Shown here piece after piece: positions 1 through 14,865 of a stretch of 64,000 bases of DNA. The DNA comes from Eledone cirrhosa (Eukaryota). The stretch covers positions 12,338,001-12,402,000 of the forward strand of contig OZ024740.1 in the NCBI GenBank assembly GCA_964016885.1, written 5' to 3'. The notes under the pieces are model-generated. The model was not told the origin of the DNA, made no database searches, and saw only the letters and a list, made by a program, of their open reading frames with translations. The position numbers were made by a program, and so were the translations under genes. Numbering within the stretch: the stretch's first letter is position 1; each line of letters begins with the position of its first letter.

Positions 1-86
1 GACCTGAGGTCATTTAGAAGCATTGCTTGCTTCCAAGATGAGCCCAGGCCACGCGCATTTAGACACCCTACTCTTAGCACAGCCAT
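1..86 (-). CDS. N-terminus of Tx1 ORF2 (APE endonuclease), partial
   Basis: ATG at 86-84 gives MAVLRVGCLNARGLGSSWKQAMLLNDLR, nearly identical to the ORF2 N-terminus at 37081. Confidence 0.85.
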   Translation of the reverse strand, partial: MAVLRVGCLNARGLGSSWKQAMLLNDLR

Positions 87-109
87 GTTGGTGGTAAGGA
101 GAAAAGGCA

Positions 110-1935
110 CTTACCTCTCTGCGTCCCGGGAAACGGGCCGCTCAATTTCCATGCTGGTTGGGGATGGGTTGTTGGGTGGGGTGGTGGTTTGTGGAAGTGA
201 AGGGGCATCGGTGTGTTGTGGGGTTGGGGTGTTTGTGGTTGAGTGGGTGTCTGGGTGGGGTGGGGGGTGAAATTTTTTAGGATGACGCGGTTGATTGGTT
301 TGGCGCAGGGGGGGGGGGGGGGGGGGGGCACGTCCTCCGTGGAATTAATTTCAGTGTTTTATACAAGTACATTAGGACTTTTATCATTTTTAAAGTTAGG
401 CCCTTCAGTTTGGACCGAAGGGTTTGCTGAAATTGTTTTCCGTAATTCTTTGTTGTCTGTGTTCATGTATGTATATTGTAAGGTCTTTTTTTGTGTAGCA
501 GTTAGTGTTGTGTGACAGGGAGGGGTGGTTTGTGTGTAGTTTGTGTTCTCTTGGGGAGGGTTAAAGTTAACGTGTCTGTGGTGCGTCTCCTCTTCTTTCT
601 TTTTACTTGTTGGAAGGGATCTTTTTCGTCTTGCGACGAAAGGGGTTCGTCTTCCTTGTTGGGTGGGAGGGGTATGTTTTCTGGTAGTGTTTGCGGTGTG
701 TGTGTTTTTGTATTTGTTTTGGGTGGGGAGGGATTGGGTGGGACAGTATTCTGTGTTATTTTTTCACGTGTTTGTTGTTGTTGTTGTGGTGGTGGTGGTG
801 GTGGTGGTGGTGGTGGTTTTGTTGGTTTTTGTTGTTGTTGTGGTTGTTTTTGTTGTTGTTGTTGGGGTGGTGTTGGTGTTGGTAGCAGTGTTTTTTTCTG
901 TGTGAGCTGGGGACAGGCAGCCCTCAGGTGACCTCTATTGCCACAGAGGTAACAGGAGGGACGCCTACCCTCCACAATAATGTTAAGGTGGGTACGGTCA
1001 TCCAGCATGACGCGCTCAGGGATTTGGGCGATACGTTCTGGCCTTATTTGGGTCAGAACTTCGATGCTCGTTCCACTGAACGCGTCGCCGGATGCCTTCC
1101 CTATTGAAATGAGGTTGTCCTCGTCTAAATTGAGGAAACCGGTTAGTAACCATCAGTAGTTCATGTTTGGGGTGATGGTGGTTATCCATATCCTCTGGTT
1201 TTTTTTACCTATGTAGGTGGGGAAGAAGGTGTGGTGTGTGGACCGAATTGGCGACACAGAGTATTTTTTCGTCGCCAATTCGTCTTTCATCAATATGGAT
1301 AAACTCCCATAGAGTTTATCCTTTTGTATGAAAGTGATGTCTCTCATCGCTTCTTTCAGTACTAACTGAATTTCAGCTTGAGATGGATGTGCTGGTTTTT
1401 TTGTTTTATTTAAAATTGTACGGAATACGACAGTTCGTAATTCCGTCTGTTTTTTTAGTTCTGGAGGTGAATTTATAGAAAACGAACCGTTTTCGCCAAA
1501 AGATACATATTTCTTGGCTTTTTCCAGCATTTCTTTTGCTTTTGAAATATCTTCCAGCACATACGTGACTGATAATTTAGCCGTTTGTGCAAAAGATATT
1601 TTGTTTTCGTTGTTGGTGTTTGTATTGTTTTGTTTCTCGTCGTTTGAGTTGTTTTCATCTTTGTTGTTGTTGTCTTTCTCGTTTGGTGTGTGGATACTTG
1701 TGACGTTTGTGTTGTTGTTGTTTTTGTTGTCTTTATTGTTGCTGTTGTTGTTGTTGTTGTTTTCAATTTCTTGTATAGTTGTGGCTACATCTAGTGGTCG
1801 GTCAACAGGTGAAGACAATTCTTCCTCTCTCTGACCTCTGCCTTTGGCATCTGCTGCTGTGACAGTGGCAGAGGGAAGCTGTGAGTATGACTGCCCCTTT
1901 CCTTCTTTGATTGATGGTGGAGATGCTTCAGCCAT
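110..1935 (-). pseudogene. Tx1 ORF1 (gag-like, CCHC zinc knuckle), interrupted by stop/frameshifts
   Basis: ORFs 1153-1935 (from MAEASPP) and 502-1008; the latter carries the CX2CX4HX4C knuckle, Pro/Gln-rich linker and basic KRKKRRR motif. Confidence 0.8.
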
Positions 1936-2060
1936 TATAGATATAGACATAGATATAGATATAGATATAGACATAGACATAGATATAGACATAGATATAG
2001 ACATAGATATAGATATAGATATAGATATAGATATAGACATAGACATAAATATAGACATAG
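1936..2060. repeat. (TAGATA/TAGACA)n hexamer microsatellite
   Basis: Directly visible; the source of the ID/SI repeat ORFs. Confidence 0.95.
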
Positions 2061-2202
2061 TCACAAACATATACACAGACACAGACGCATGCGCAGATAG
2101 GAAAACGTACCACAGAAAGACAAGATGGAGTAAACGGAATAAGACCAAAGAGAATAGGAGACTCAGAGAAGAACAAATAGTCATTAAGAAGGTCACAAAA
2201 GG

Positions 2203-2482
2203 TGTGACGAAAGAACTTTTAGTGAATTGGTCACAGGGTTATTTACTTTGGTAAACACCACTGCAGAACAACCACTAATTAAATTCGATACAGATATAAT
2301 AAGGTTAACAAACTCGCTCGTGAGTGAACTGGCCGAGAGCCGGTCGCCAAATAAGCTAAGATGTCTCTTTTCTCCCTCCTTTATAATCCCTAGACCGGAA
2401 GTTCAAGGAATCTTCTAGAATTCAACGGGAAGTAACTCCAATTAGATTTTTCTCCCCGGGCAAGGTGACGTTAGTCACTACA
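2203..2482 (-). mobile_element. Possible solo LTR (~280 bp)
   Basis: The minus strand begins TGTAGTGAC and ends GTCACA, with an internal TATAA-like box. No TSD seen. Confidence 0.25.
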
Positions 2483-2804
2483 AACTAATCAATAACTAAT
2501 TATAATAAAGCTGAAGTGAAGTCAACAGTGTGAGTGTTTCTATTGGCACCATGCCCTCCTCCTCCTCAAATGTAACAATATCTGGTTCAACACACGGTTT
2601 ACATAACAAATACAGACTCACCCCCTACACACACATCCCCCTTCACCCCACCACCCACCCCCACTCTATTCCACCTACACACTCTTCCACCACATTCTCT
2701 CCCTCACCCTACCTCCCACCCCTCACGCTGTCACTCATTCTCTCCATTAATTAATTCATTCATTTACTCTTTAATTAATTGATATATTTATTCAACTTTC
2801 AGAC

Positions 2805-3327
2805 CCCCCCCCCCCCCCCCCTCTCTCCCCCCACATTACCCCACCCACCCAACTCCTCTCTACCCCCACCCACACTATCTCCCCACCCTACACCACCCTA
2901 GCCCACCCACCAGTTCCTCTCTACCCCCACCACACCCTTTCCCTCAACCTACCCCACCCACCCAACTCCTCTCTACTCCCACCCACCCTACTCCTCTCTA
3001 CCCCCACCCACACTCTTTCTCTCAACCTACCCCACCCACCCTACTCCTCTCTACCCCCACCCACACTCTTTCCCTCAACCTACCCCACCCACCCAACTCC
3101 TCTCTACTCCCACCCACCCTACTCCTCTCTACCCCCACCCACACTCTTTCTCTCAACCTACCCCACCACCCAACTCCTCTCTACCCCCACCCACACTCTT
3201 TCTCTCAACCTACCCCACCCACCCTACTCCTCTCTACCCCCACCCACACTCTTTCGCTCAACCTACCCCACCCACCCAACTCCTCTCTACCCCACCCACC
3301 CAACTCTTCTCTACCCCCACCCACCCT
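2805..3327. repeat. C-rich minisatellite (CCCCACCCAC/CTCCTCTCTA units; G4-prone minus strand)
   Basis: Tandem ~20-55 bp units of ccccacccacactctttctctcaacctaccccacccaccc. Confidence 0.85.
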
Positions 3328-3423
3328 CTTTCATCCTTACGGGGTCAATACAATAAAGTACCAGTAATACACTGTGTATTTGCTGGCCTTGTGCCTAAAG
3401 TAGAAACAATTATAAATATTATT
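3328..3423 (+). mobile_element. 3' fragment of octopus-type tRNA-derived SINE
   Basis: ctttcatcc..ggggtc..aagtaccagt..ttgctggccttgtgcc..gaaacaatt is homologous to the inverted copy at 22294-22437 and resembles, from memory, the common Octopus SINE tail. Confidence 0.75.
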
Positions 3424-3459
3424 TCTTTTTATATTTATCATTTTTATTTCTTTCTCCCC

Positions 3460-3462
3460 CTC

Positions 3463-3509
<47 letters not shown>

Positions 3510-3607
3510 ATCTATCTATCTGTCTATTTATCTGTCTGTCTGTCAGCCTCTCTCGCTCTCTCTCTCTCTCTCTCTCTATCTATCTGTCTGTCTGTCAGCC
3601 TCTCTCG

Positions 3608-3667
<60 letters not shown>

Positions 3668-3698
3668 CTGTCTGTCAGCCCCTCTCGCACTCTCTCTC

Positions 3699-3734
<36 letters not shown>

Positions 3735-6150
3735 TCTCTCTCTCTATCTATCTATCTATCTCTCTATCTGTCTGTCTGTCAGGCCCCCTCTCTCTCTCTA
3801 TATATATATAAAGAGAGAGAGGTACCTATCCCTTTCACCTTGCCATCAATCACTGACCTAACCTTATCAAGTCTCTTGATACACACGCACATATGCACAC
3901 ACACACACGCACATATGCACACACACACACACACTCACACACACAGTCACACACACACACACACGCACATATGCACACACACACACGCACTCACACACAC
4001 AGTCACACACACACACACGCACATATGCACACACACACACACTCTCACACACACAGTCACACACACACACACACGCACATATGCACACACACACACACAC
4101 TCACACACACAGTCACACACACACACACACGCACATATGCACACACACACACACTCTCACACACACAGTCACACACACACACACACGCACATATGCACAC
4201 ACACACACACACTCACACACACAGTCACACACACACACAGACGCACACAGTCACACACACACACACGCACCTATGCACACACACACACACACTCACACAC
4301 ACAGTCACACACACACACAGACGCACACAGTCACACACACACACACGCACATGTGCACACACACACACACACTCACACACACAGTCACACACACACACAC
4401 TCACACACACAGTCACACACACACACAGACGCACACAGTCACACACACACACACGCACATATGCACACACACACACACACTCACACACACAGTCACACAC
4501 ACACACACACTCACACACACAGTCACACACACACACAGACGCACACAGTCACACACACACACACGCACATATGCACACACACACACACACTCACACACAC
4601 AGTCACACACACACACACTCACACACACAGTCACACACACACACAGACGCACACAGTCACACACACACACACGCACATATGCACACACACACACTCACAC
4701 ACACAGTCACACACACACACACACGCACATATGCACACACACACACGCACTCACACACACAGTCACACACACACACACGCACATATGCACACACACACAC
4801 ACTCACACACACAGTCACACACACACACACGCACCTATGCACACACACACACACACAGTCACACACACACACACGCACACAGTCACACACACACACACAC
4901 GCACATATGCACACTCACACACACTCACACACAGTCACATACACACACACGCACACACTCACACACACAGTCACACACACACACACTCACACACACAGTC
5001 ACACACACACACAGACGCACACAGTCACACACACACACACGCACATATGCACACACACACACACACTCACACACACAGTCACACACACACACACTCACAC
5101 ACACAGTCACACACACACACAGACGCACACACAGACGCACACAGTCACACACACACACACGCACATATGCACACACACACACACACTCACACACACAGTC
5201 ACACACACACACGCACATATGCACACACACACACGCACTCACACACACAGTCACACACACACACACGCACATATGCACACACACACACACTCACACACAC
5301 AGTCATACACACACACACGCACCTATGCACACACACACACACACAGTCACACACACACACGCGCACACAGTCACACACACACACACACGCACATATGCAC
5401 ACTCACACACACTCACACACAGTCACATACACACACACGCACACACTCACACACACACACTCACACACACAGTCACACACGCACACAGTCACACACGCAC
5501 ACACACTCACACACACTCACACACAGTCACACACACACACACACTCACGCACACACAGTCACACACACACACACACACACTCACGCACACACGCACGCAC
5601 ACACACACATACACACACATACACACATAAACCCACAAACACACAAAGACAGATTACACATACACATACACATGCACATACACATACACATACACATGCA
5701 CATACACATACACATTCACATACACATACACAAACATTTGCCAACATTGTTCTTTCTACCCCCTCCCCGTCTCTGTTATACTGCCCCCTCCCTCTCTCTG
5801 CATACTGCCCCCTCCTCGTCTCTGTTGTACTTCCCCCCTCCCCGTCTCTGTTATACTGCCCCCTCCCGTCTCTGTTATACTCCCCCCCCCTCCCATCTCT
5901 GTTATACTGCCCCCTCCCTCTCTCTGCATACTGTCCTCCCCTCCCCGTATCTGTTATACTGCCCCCTCTCTCTCTCTGCATACTGTCCCCCCTCCCCGTC
6001 TCTGTTATACTGCCCGCTCCCCGTCTCTGTTATACTGCCCCCCTCTGTTATACTGTCACCCCCCACCCTCATAGTTTTAATCTCTTATTTACTTCTCTGC
6101 ATGCTTCGTTTTATATTTCCCTCTCTCTCTCTCTCTCTCTCTCCCCCCTC

Positions 6151-6188
<38 letters not shown>

Positions 6189-6195
6189 CCCCCTC

Positions 6196-6237
<42 letters not shown>

Positions 6238-6246
6238 CTCTCACTT

Positions 6247-6308
<62 letters not shown>

Positions 6309-6760
6309 ACTTGCTCTCTCCCTCTATATATATATGTATATATCTTTCTCTCTTTCTCATTCTCTCTCTCTTTCTCTATTTCTCTCTCTTGGATCACACT
6401 CAATCACCTCCACACACACACACACTCATATCCACACCCGTCCCCACATACACCACACACACAAACACACACGTAGCTACACACACACACACACACACGT
6501 AGCTACACACACACACGTAGCTACACACACACACACACACACACGTAGTTACACACACACACACACACGTAGCTACACACAGACACGCACACACGTAGCT
6601 ACACACGCACGTAGCTACACACACACGTAGCTACACACACACACACACACACACACCGTAGCTACACACACACACACACGTAGCTACACACACACACACA
6701 CGTAGCTACACACACACACACACGTAGCTACACACACACACACATAGCTACACACACATT
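3460..6760. repeat. Compound CT/CA microsatellite and minisatellite block
   Basis: (CT)n, then a CA-based array with recurring gcacatatgc/cagtc/cactc modules (3880-5620), ctgttatactgcccc units (5760-6060) and acacgtagct units (6470-6750). Confidence 0.95.
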
Positions 6761-7128
6761 GGCTGATCCTGCAGCCTGTTTCCTTACACTTCTCTCTCTG
6801 TAGTCAGTTCCTGAAGCAGGCAAAAATATGTTATTGAGTACATTTTGTGTCATTCTTTAAAACTAACAGTTACACACACACACACATACATACATATACA
6901 CACACATACACACATACACACACACATATACACATACACATACTCACACACATATAAACACACACGCATACATACACAAACAAAGAGACATAAAAACATA
7001 CACACATATACACACACAAACACATGTATGTCTCTCTATCCATCTACCATGTTTGTGTGTGTATGTGTATGTGTGTGTGTGTGTATGTAGGTGTGTGTGT
7101 TTGTGTGTGTGTGTGTGTATGTGAATGT

Positions 7129-7166
<38 letters not shown>

Positions 7167-7454
7167 AAGTGTGTGTGTGTTTGTATATGTGTGTGTGTGT
7201 ATGTATGTGAATGTGTGTGTTTGTGTGTGTGTATGTAAGTGTGTGTGTGTTTGTATATGTGTGTGTGTGTGTGTGTCCGTCTCGTTTCTTGCCATCTTTA
7301 TCGTCACACACTCTCTTTCTATCTCTCCCTCCCTCCCTCCCTCCCTCCCTCTCTCTGTCTCTCTCTCTCTATCCTTCTCTCTCTCCCTCTATCTCTCTCT
7401 ACCTCTCTCTCTTTCCTACATCAGTCCTGCTACTTCTACTCAGTTTCTCCTCTA

Positions 7455-9178
7455 TACATACATGCACGCACACACATACATGTACACATACACACATACA
7501 CGTACACATACACATACACAGACACACATACACGTACATATACACAGACACACATACATGTACACATTCACACATAATGTACACATACACACACACACAC
7601 ATACACGTACACAGACACACACACATGCACACATACACACACACACACATACATGTACACATTCACAGACACACATACATGTACACATACACACATACAT
7701 GTACACATACACAGACACACATACATGTACACATACACACATACATGTACACATACACAGACACACATACATGTACACATACACAGATACACATACATGT
7801 ACACATACACACACACACACATGTACACATACACATACACACATACATGTACACATACACAGACACACATACATGTACACATACACAGATACACACACAT
7901 GTACACATACACACACACACACATGTACACATACACAGACACACATACATGTACACATACACAGACACACATACATGTACACATACACAGACACACATAC
8001 ATGTACACATACACACATACATGTACACATACACAGACACACACACATGTACACATACACAGACACACACACATGTACACATACACAGACACACACACAT
8101 GTACACATACACAGACACACATACATGTACACATACACACATACACACATGTACACATGCACAGACACACACACATGTACACATACACAGACACACATAC
8201 ATGTACATATACACACATACACACATGTACACATGCACAGACACACACACATGTACACATACACAGACACACATACATGTACACATACACAGACACACAT
8301 ACATGTACACATACACAGACACACATACATGTACACATACACAGACACACATACATGTACACATACACAGATACACACACATGTACACATACACACACAC
8401 ACACATGTACACATACACAGACACACACACATGTACATATACACAGACACACATACATGTACACATACACACATACATGTACACATACACAGACACACAC
8501 ACATGTACACATACACAGACACACACACATGTACACATACACAGACACACACACATGTACACATACACAGACACACACACATGTACACATACACAGACAC
8601 ACATACATGTACACATACACAGACACACACACATGTACATATACACAGACACACATACATGTACACATACACATACACACATGTACACATGCACAGACAC
8701 ACACACATGTACACATACACAGACACACACACATGTACACATACACAGACACACATACATGTACACATACACAGACACACATACATGTACACATACACAG
8801 ACACACACACATGTACATATACACAGACACACATACATGTACACATACACATACACACATGTACACATGCACAGACACACACACATGTACACATACACAG
8901 ACACACACACATGTACACATACACAGACACACACACATGTACACATACACAGACACACATACATGTACACATACACAGACACACACACATGTACACATAC
9001 ACAGACACACATACATGTACACATACACACATACATGTACACATACACAGACACACACACATGTACACATACACAGACACACACACATGTACACATACAC
9101 ACATACACACATGTACACATGCACAGACACACACACATGTACACATACACAGACACACACACATGTACACATACATGT
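7455..9178. repeat. 26/18-bp CA-derived minisatellite (gtacacatacacagacacacatacat)
   Basis: Directly visible tandem units, each containing catgtac. Confidence 0.95.
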
Positions 9179-9816
9179 ATTTATAATAGCGATGATTTTT
9201 TGGACTGCGCATGCACATTATATAGAACACATGCACACACAACTGAATTCACAAACACACGTTTGAACATACACACTCATATGTTACATACGACATATAT
9301 ATATACACACATATTATATACCACATTATACACACATATTATATACGACATATAAATACACACGCTCGACACACCTGTCTGATTTCACGGACATATAACC
9401 GCGCTATGTCTATACATTCATGTACACACAAACACACACACGCAGACGCACACACACACCCTCATATTCGGATTTAACCAGTTTAAACTAGTTAGCCCAT
9501 TGTTCAGCAGAGAACTCGATACTTGGGATAGTAGAGTGTAAATATAGGAGAGTTAACGTCCGACGGTCGAGCTCTTGCCTTTTCCACAGCAAATTTCAGA
9601 ATCTGGAATTTGCTGTTTATGTGTGTAGTGTATGGTGTGTGTAGTGTGTAGTGTGTAGTGTGTAGTGTGTAATGTATGGTGTGTGTAGTGTGTAGTGTGT
9701 AGTGTGCTTAGGAATATTTAGGAATATGTATTTCATCCGGGTTTTTTCTGTGCGATATGGAGAAGTGTTTGTTGATTTTAACAGGTCGAGTGACTATGTA
9801 GAACCTCCTTAAGCCG

Positions 9817-10002
9817 TTGTCACTGTTCTCCAGCCCCCGGGGAGCCCAGATCCGACAATCTCTCTTTGTCACTGTTCTCCAGCCCCCGGGGAGCTCACAT
9901 CCGAAATCTCCCTTTGTCATTGTTCTCCAGCCCCCGGGGAGCTCACATCCGACAATCTCCCTTTGTCACTGTTCTCCAGCCCCTGGGGAGCCCACACCCG
10001 AC
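9817..10002. repeat. ~50-bp minisatellite, ~3.5 copies
   Basis: tttgtcactgttctccagcccccggggagctcacatccgacaatctccc repeated. Confidence 0.9.
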
Positions 10003-10277
10003 AGACACATGATCCAATACGTTTCAAACAAGAAGTATCTAAGACGGTAGTCTCCTCATAGACAAATGGTTAAGAAGTTATCTTCGTAAACCCTTGGTCG
10101 CAGTTATGATCCCACTACATGTTACGTTGGGCAAATATCATTTACCATAGCATCCGGCTGGTCCATGCATTGGTAGCATAATTTGATAGACGGAAACTGG
10201 ACACCAGCATTGAGGACAGTCAGGCGGACTGTACCAGTAATTCAAAAGGAACAGCTTTATCCATACACTGTGACAAA

Positions 10278-10641
10278 CTGAATCTCCCCGAATCTCCTCG
10301 AATCTTCCCGAATCTCCCCTAATCTCTCCGAATCTCCCCGAATACCCCCTGAATATTCCCGAATCTCCCTGAATCTCCTTAAATATCTCCGAATCTCCCT
10401 GATTTTCCTCGAATCTTCCCCAAATATTCCTGATACTCCCCAAATATCTTAGAATCTCCTCGATTCTCCCCGAATCTCTCCGAATATTTCCGAATCACCC
10501 CGAATCTCCTCGATTCTCCACGAATCTCTCCGAATCTCCTCGAATCTTTCCGAATCCTCCCGAATCTCTCCGAATCTTCCCGAATCTTACCGAATCTCCC
10601 CGAATCTCCCCTAATCTCCTTGAATTTCCCTGAATCTCCCT
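10278..10641. repeat. 10-bp minisatellite (CCGAATCTCC)n
   Basis: Degenerate tandem cgaatctccc units. Confidence 0.9.
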
Positions 10642-10768
10642 AAGAATTATGTAAAATGTACACATGTCTTGTGCAATGCTCGGCTACATACATTTAATTT
10701 CATGAACAGACAGTCTTGTGGATCGAACAAGTGGAACATCCATCGTCTAATTCGACGGAGGCTCATTC

Positions 10769-10966
10769 CGAGCGTCGGCTGAAAACTTTATAGGCTGATC
10801 AAGATACACTCATGGAATGACCAAAGGAGGTTTATTTTTCAAAATAGTCCCTGGAAAGAAACAATGCAGTTATTAATAAGAAGAGTTGAAATTAATGCAT
10901 GTAAGATTTCACAGCTCTAACATCACTCCTTCATAGTCAGCCTATGAACTTTTCAGTCCACCTTCG
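10769..10966. mobile_element. Tc1/mariner-type MITE or internally deleted mariner (~200 bp)
   Basis: 31-bp imperfect TIRs: cgagcgtcggctgaaaactttataggctgat and gtcagcctatgaacttttcagtccaccttcg (24/31 match by eye). TA follows the right TIR. Confidence 0.7.
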
Positions 10967-11406
10967 TAGAACGACATAGATATGGTCTCTTCGTTTTTTT
11001 AAAAAGAAGACTGAGAGTATTTTGAGTTAGATTTCGTTGCTACTTTCAGCGGATTGAGTGATGAACTATGAGTATATCTGGTTAATTGCAGTGCAGTGCA
11101 TTATACTACACTACATACGAGGTAAAACAACATGCACTGACAGGCATCACAACTGCTGTTAACTGCATACAAATGTTACAGCAATAATCCTAAACATTCG
11201 TCTGAATCCGTGCAGTGAATAAGACAGCAAGAGCTGCACTCACGTGTGCAGATAGTTGCAGCTCAGTGCTGCTGTACTGAGATGCACTGACGTGCAACCA
11301 ACAGAAATACGGTGCACTACACAATGTTATACCTTTGTCAGCAGAATGTGTTCACCTGTCCGTGAAGCTTGCAATGTAATGTGAAGTTTATATACACATA
11401 GAAGTG

Positions 11407-14400
11407 CGTGTGTGTGGCTGTGTGGCTGTGTGTGGCTGTGTGTGGCTGTGTGTGGCTGTGTGTGGATGTGTGTGGATGTAGCTGTGTGTGGCTGTGTGTG
11501 GCTGTGTGTGGATGTGGCTGTGTGTGGCTGTGTGTGGATGTGTGTGGTTGTGTGTGTGGTTGTGTGTGGCTGTGTGTGGCTGTGTGTGGCTGTGTGTGGC
11601 TGTATGGCTGTGTGTGTGTGTGGCTGTGTGTGGCTGTGTGTGGCTGTATGGCTGTGTGTGTGTGTGGCTGTGTGTGGCTGTGTGTGGCTGTGTGTGGCTG
11701 TATGGCTGTGTGTGTGTGTGTGGCTGTGTGTGGCTGTGTGCGGCTGTGTGCGGCTGTGTGGCTGTATGGCTGTGCGGCTGTGTGGCTGTGTGTGGCTATG
11801 TGTGGTTGTGTGTGGCTGTGTGCGGCTGTGTGTGGCTGTATGTGTGTGTGGCTGTGTGTGGATGTGTGTGGTTGTGTGTGTGGTTGTGTGTGGCTGTGTG
11901 TGGCTGTGTGAGTGGTTGTGTGTGTGGCTGTGTGTGTGTGTGTCTCTGTGCGTGTGTGTGTGAGGCACTGTGTGTGTGTGTGTGTGGTGGTGTGTGTGTG
12001 TGTCTATGTGTGTGTGTATGGCTGTGTGTGTTGTTGTGTGTGTGTGGCTGTGTGTGGCTGTGTGTGGCTGTGTGTGGCTGTGTGTGGCTGTGTGTGGCTG
12101 TGTGTGGCTGTGTGTGTGTGGATGTGTGCGGCTGTGTGTGGCTGTGTGTAGCTGTGTGTGGCTGTGTGTGGCTGTGTGTGGCTGTGTGTGGCTGTGTGTG
12201 TGGCTGTGTGGCTGTGTGTGGCTGTGTGTGTGGCTGTGTGTGGCTGTGTGTGTGGCTGTGTGGCTGTGTGTGGCTGTGTGTGGCTGTGTGTGGCTGTGTG
12301 TGGCTGTATGTGGCTGTGTGTGGCTGTGTGTGTGGCTGTGTGTGGCTGTGTGTGTGGCTGTGTGTGGCTGTGTGTGTGGCTGTGTGTGGTTGTGTGTGGC
12401 TGTGTGTGGTTGTGTGTGTGGCTATGTGGCTGTGTGTGGCTGTGTGTAGCGGTGTGTGGCTGCGTGTGGCTGTGTGTGGCTGTGTGCGGCTGCGTGTAGC
12501 TGTGTGTGGCTGTGTGTGGCTGTGTGTGGCTGTGTGTGTGTGTGTGGCTGTGGCTGTGTGTGGTTGTGTGTGGCTGTGTGTGTGGCTGTGTGTGGTTGTG
12601 TGTGTGGCTATGTGGCTGTGTGTAGATGTGTGTGGCTGTGTGTGGCTGTGTGTGGCTGTGTGTGGCTGTGTGTGTGTGTGTGGCTGTGGCTGTGTGTGGT
12701 TGTGTGTGGCTGTGTGTGGCTGTGTGGCTGTGTGTGGCTGTGGCTGTGTGTGGTTGTGTGTGGCTGTGTGTGTGGCTGTGTGTGGTTGTGTGTGTGGCTA
12801 TGTCGCTGTGTGTAGATGTGTGTGGTTGTGTGTGGCTGTGTGTGGCTGTGTGTGTGGCTGTGTGTGTGAGTGGCTGTGTGTGGCTGTGTGTGGCTGTGTG
12901 TGGCTGTGTGTGGCTATATGTCGTTGTGTGTGTGTGTGTGTGGCTGTGTGTGGCTGTGTGTGGCTGTGTGTGGCTATATGTCGTTGTGTGTGTGTGTGTG
13001 TGGCTGTGTGTGGCTGTGTGTGGCTGTGTGTGGCTGTGTGTGTGGCTGTGTGTGGCTGTGTGCGGCTATGTGTGGCCGTGTGTGGCTGTGTGTGGCTGTT
13101 TGTGTGGCTGTGTGTGGCTGTGTGTAGCTGTGTGAGGCTGTGTGTGGCTGTGTGTGGCTGTGTGCGGCTGTGTGTGGATGTGTGTGGCTATATGTCGTTG
13201 TGTGTGTGGCTGTGTGTGGCTGTGTGTGGCTGTGTGTGTGTCTGTGTGTGAGTGTGTGTGTGAGTCACTATGTGTGTGTGTGTGTGTGGCGGTGTGTGTG
13301 AGTGGCTGTGTGTGGCTATGTGTGGCTGTGTGCGGCTGTGTGTGGCTGTGTGTGGCTGTGTGTGTATCTGTGTGTGAGTGTGTGTGTGAGTCACTATGTG
13401 TGTGTGTGTGTGTGGCGGTGTGTGTGTGTGTCTATGTGTGTGTGTATGGCTGTGTGTGTTGTTGTGTGTGTGTGGCTGTGTGTGGCTGTATGTAGGGCTG
13501 TGGCTGTGTGTGGCTGTGTTTGGCTGTGTGTGTGTGTGTGTGTGTGGCTGTGTGTGGCTGTGTGTGTGTGTGGCTGTGTGTGGCTGTGTGTGGCTGTTTG
13601 TGGCTGTGTGTGTGTGGCTGTGTGTGGCTGTGTGTGGCTGTGTGTGTGTGTGGCTGTGTGAGGCTGTGTGTGTGGCTGTGTGTGTGTGTGGCTGTGTGTG
13701 GCTGTGTGTGGCTGTGTGTGGCTGTGGGTGTCTGTGTGTGGCTGTGTGGCTGTGTTTGGTTGTGTGTGGTTGTGTGTGGCTGTGTGTGTGGCTGTGTGGC
13801 TGTGTGTGGCTGTGTGTGGCTGTGTGTGGCTGTGTGTGGCTGTGTGTGTGGCTGTGTGGCTGTGTGTGGCTGTGTGTGGCTGTGTGTGTGGCTGTGTGTG
13901 GCTGTGTGTGGCTGTGTGTGTGGCTGTGTGTGGCTGTGGGTGTCTGTGTGTGGCTGTGTGGCTGTGTGTGGCTGTGTGTGGCTGTGGGTGTCTGTGTGTG
14001 GCTGTGGGTGTCTGTGTGTGGCTGTGTGGCTGTGTTTGGTTGTGTGTGGTTGTGTGTGGCTGTGTGTGGCTGTGTGTGTCTGTGTGTGTCTGTGTGGCTG
14101 TGTGTGGCTGTGTGGCTGTGTGTGTCTGTGTGGCTGTGTGTGGTTGTGTGTGGCTGTGTGTGTCTGTGTGTGTCTGTGTGGCTGTGTGTGGCTGTGTGGC
14201 TGTGTGTGTCTGTGTGGCTGTATGTGGTTGTGTGTGGCTGTGTGTGTCTGTGTGGCTGTGTGTGGTTGTGTGTGGCTGTGTGGCTGTGTGTGGCTATATG
14301 TGGTTGTGTGTGTGTGTGGATGTGTGTGGCTGTGTGTAACTATGTGTGTGTGTGGCTGTGTGTGTGTGTGTGGCTCTGTTGCTGTGTGTAGGTGTGTGTC

Positions 14401-14865
14401 TGTGTGTAGCTTTGTGTAGCTGTGTGTGGCTGTGTGTGGCTGAGTGTGGCTGTGTAGGGCTGTGTGTGTGTGTGGCTGTGTGTGACTGTGTGTGGCTGTG
14501 TGTCTGTGTGTGGCTGTGTGGCAGTGTGCGTGTGTGGCTGTGTGTGGCTGTGTATTTGTGTATGACTGTGTGGCTGTGTGTATGTGGCTGTGTGTTTGTG
14601 GCTGTGTGTGGCTGTGTATGTCTGTGTGTGTGTGGTTGTGTGTGTCTGGCTGTGTCGCTGTGTGTGTGTGGCTGTGTGTGGCTGTGTGTGACTGTGTGTG
14701 TGTGGCTTTATGATTGTGGCTGTGTGTGGCTGTGTATGTCTGTGTGTGTGTGGCTGTGGCTGTGTGTGTCTGTGTGTGGCTGTGTGTGGCTCTGTGTGCG
14801 TGGCTGTGTGTGGCTGTGTGTGTGGCTGTGTGTGGCTGTGTATAGCTGTGTGTGGTTGTGTGTGA
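11407..14865. repeat. (GTGTGGCTGT)n-type 8-12 bp GT-derived satellite
   Basis: Directly visible; the source of the Val/Cys/Trp ORFs. Confidence 0.97.

Larger units (their letters stand above)
1..1935 (-). mobile_element. Tx1/L1-clade non-LTR retrotransposon, divergent subfamily, 5' part (ORF1 and ORF2 start; runs off the window edge)
   Basis: The minus strand encodes disrupted ORF1 pieces homologous to ORF1 at 35242 (FSINSPPE, RTILN, DKLYGS, IIVEGRRPSCYLCGNRGHLRAAC, FQQVKRKKR) and an ORF2 start MAVLRVGCLNARGLGSSWKQ matching 37081. The 5' end abuts an (ATCTAT)n tract. Confidence 0.9.
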
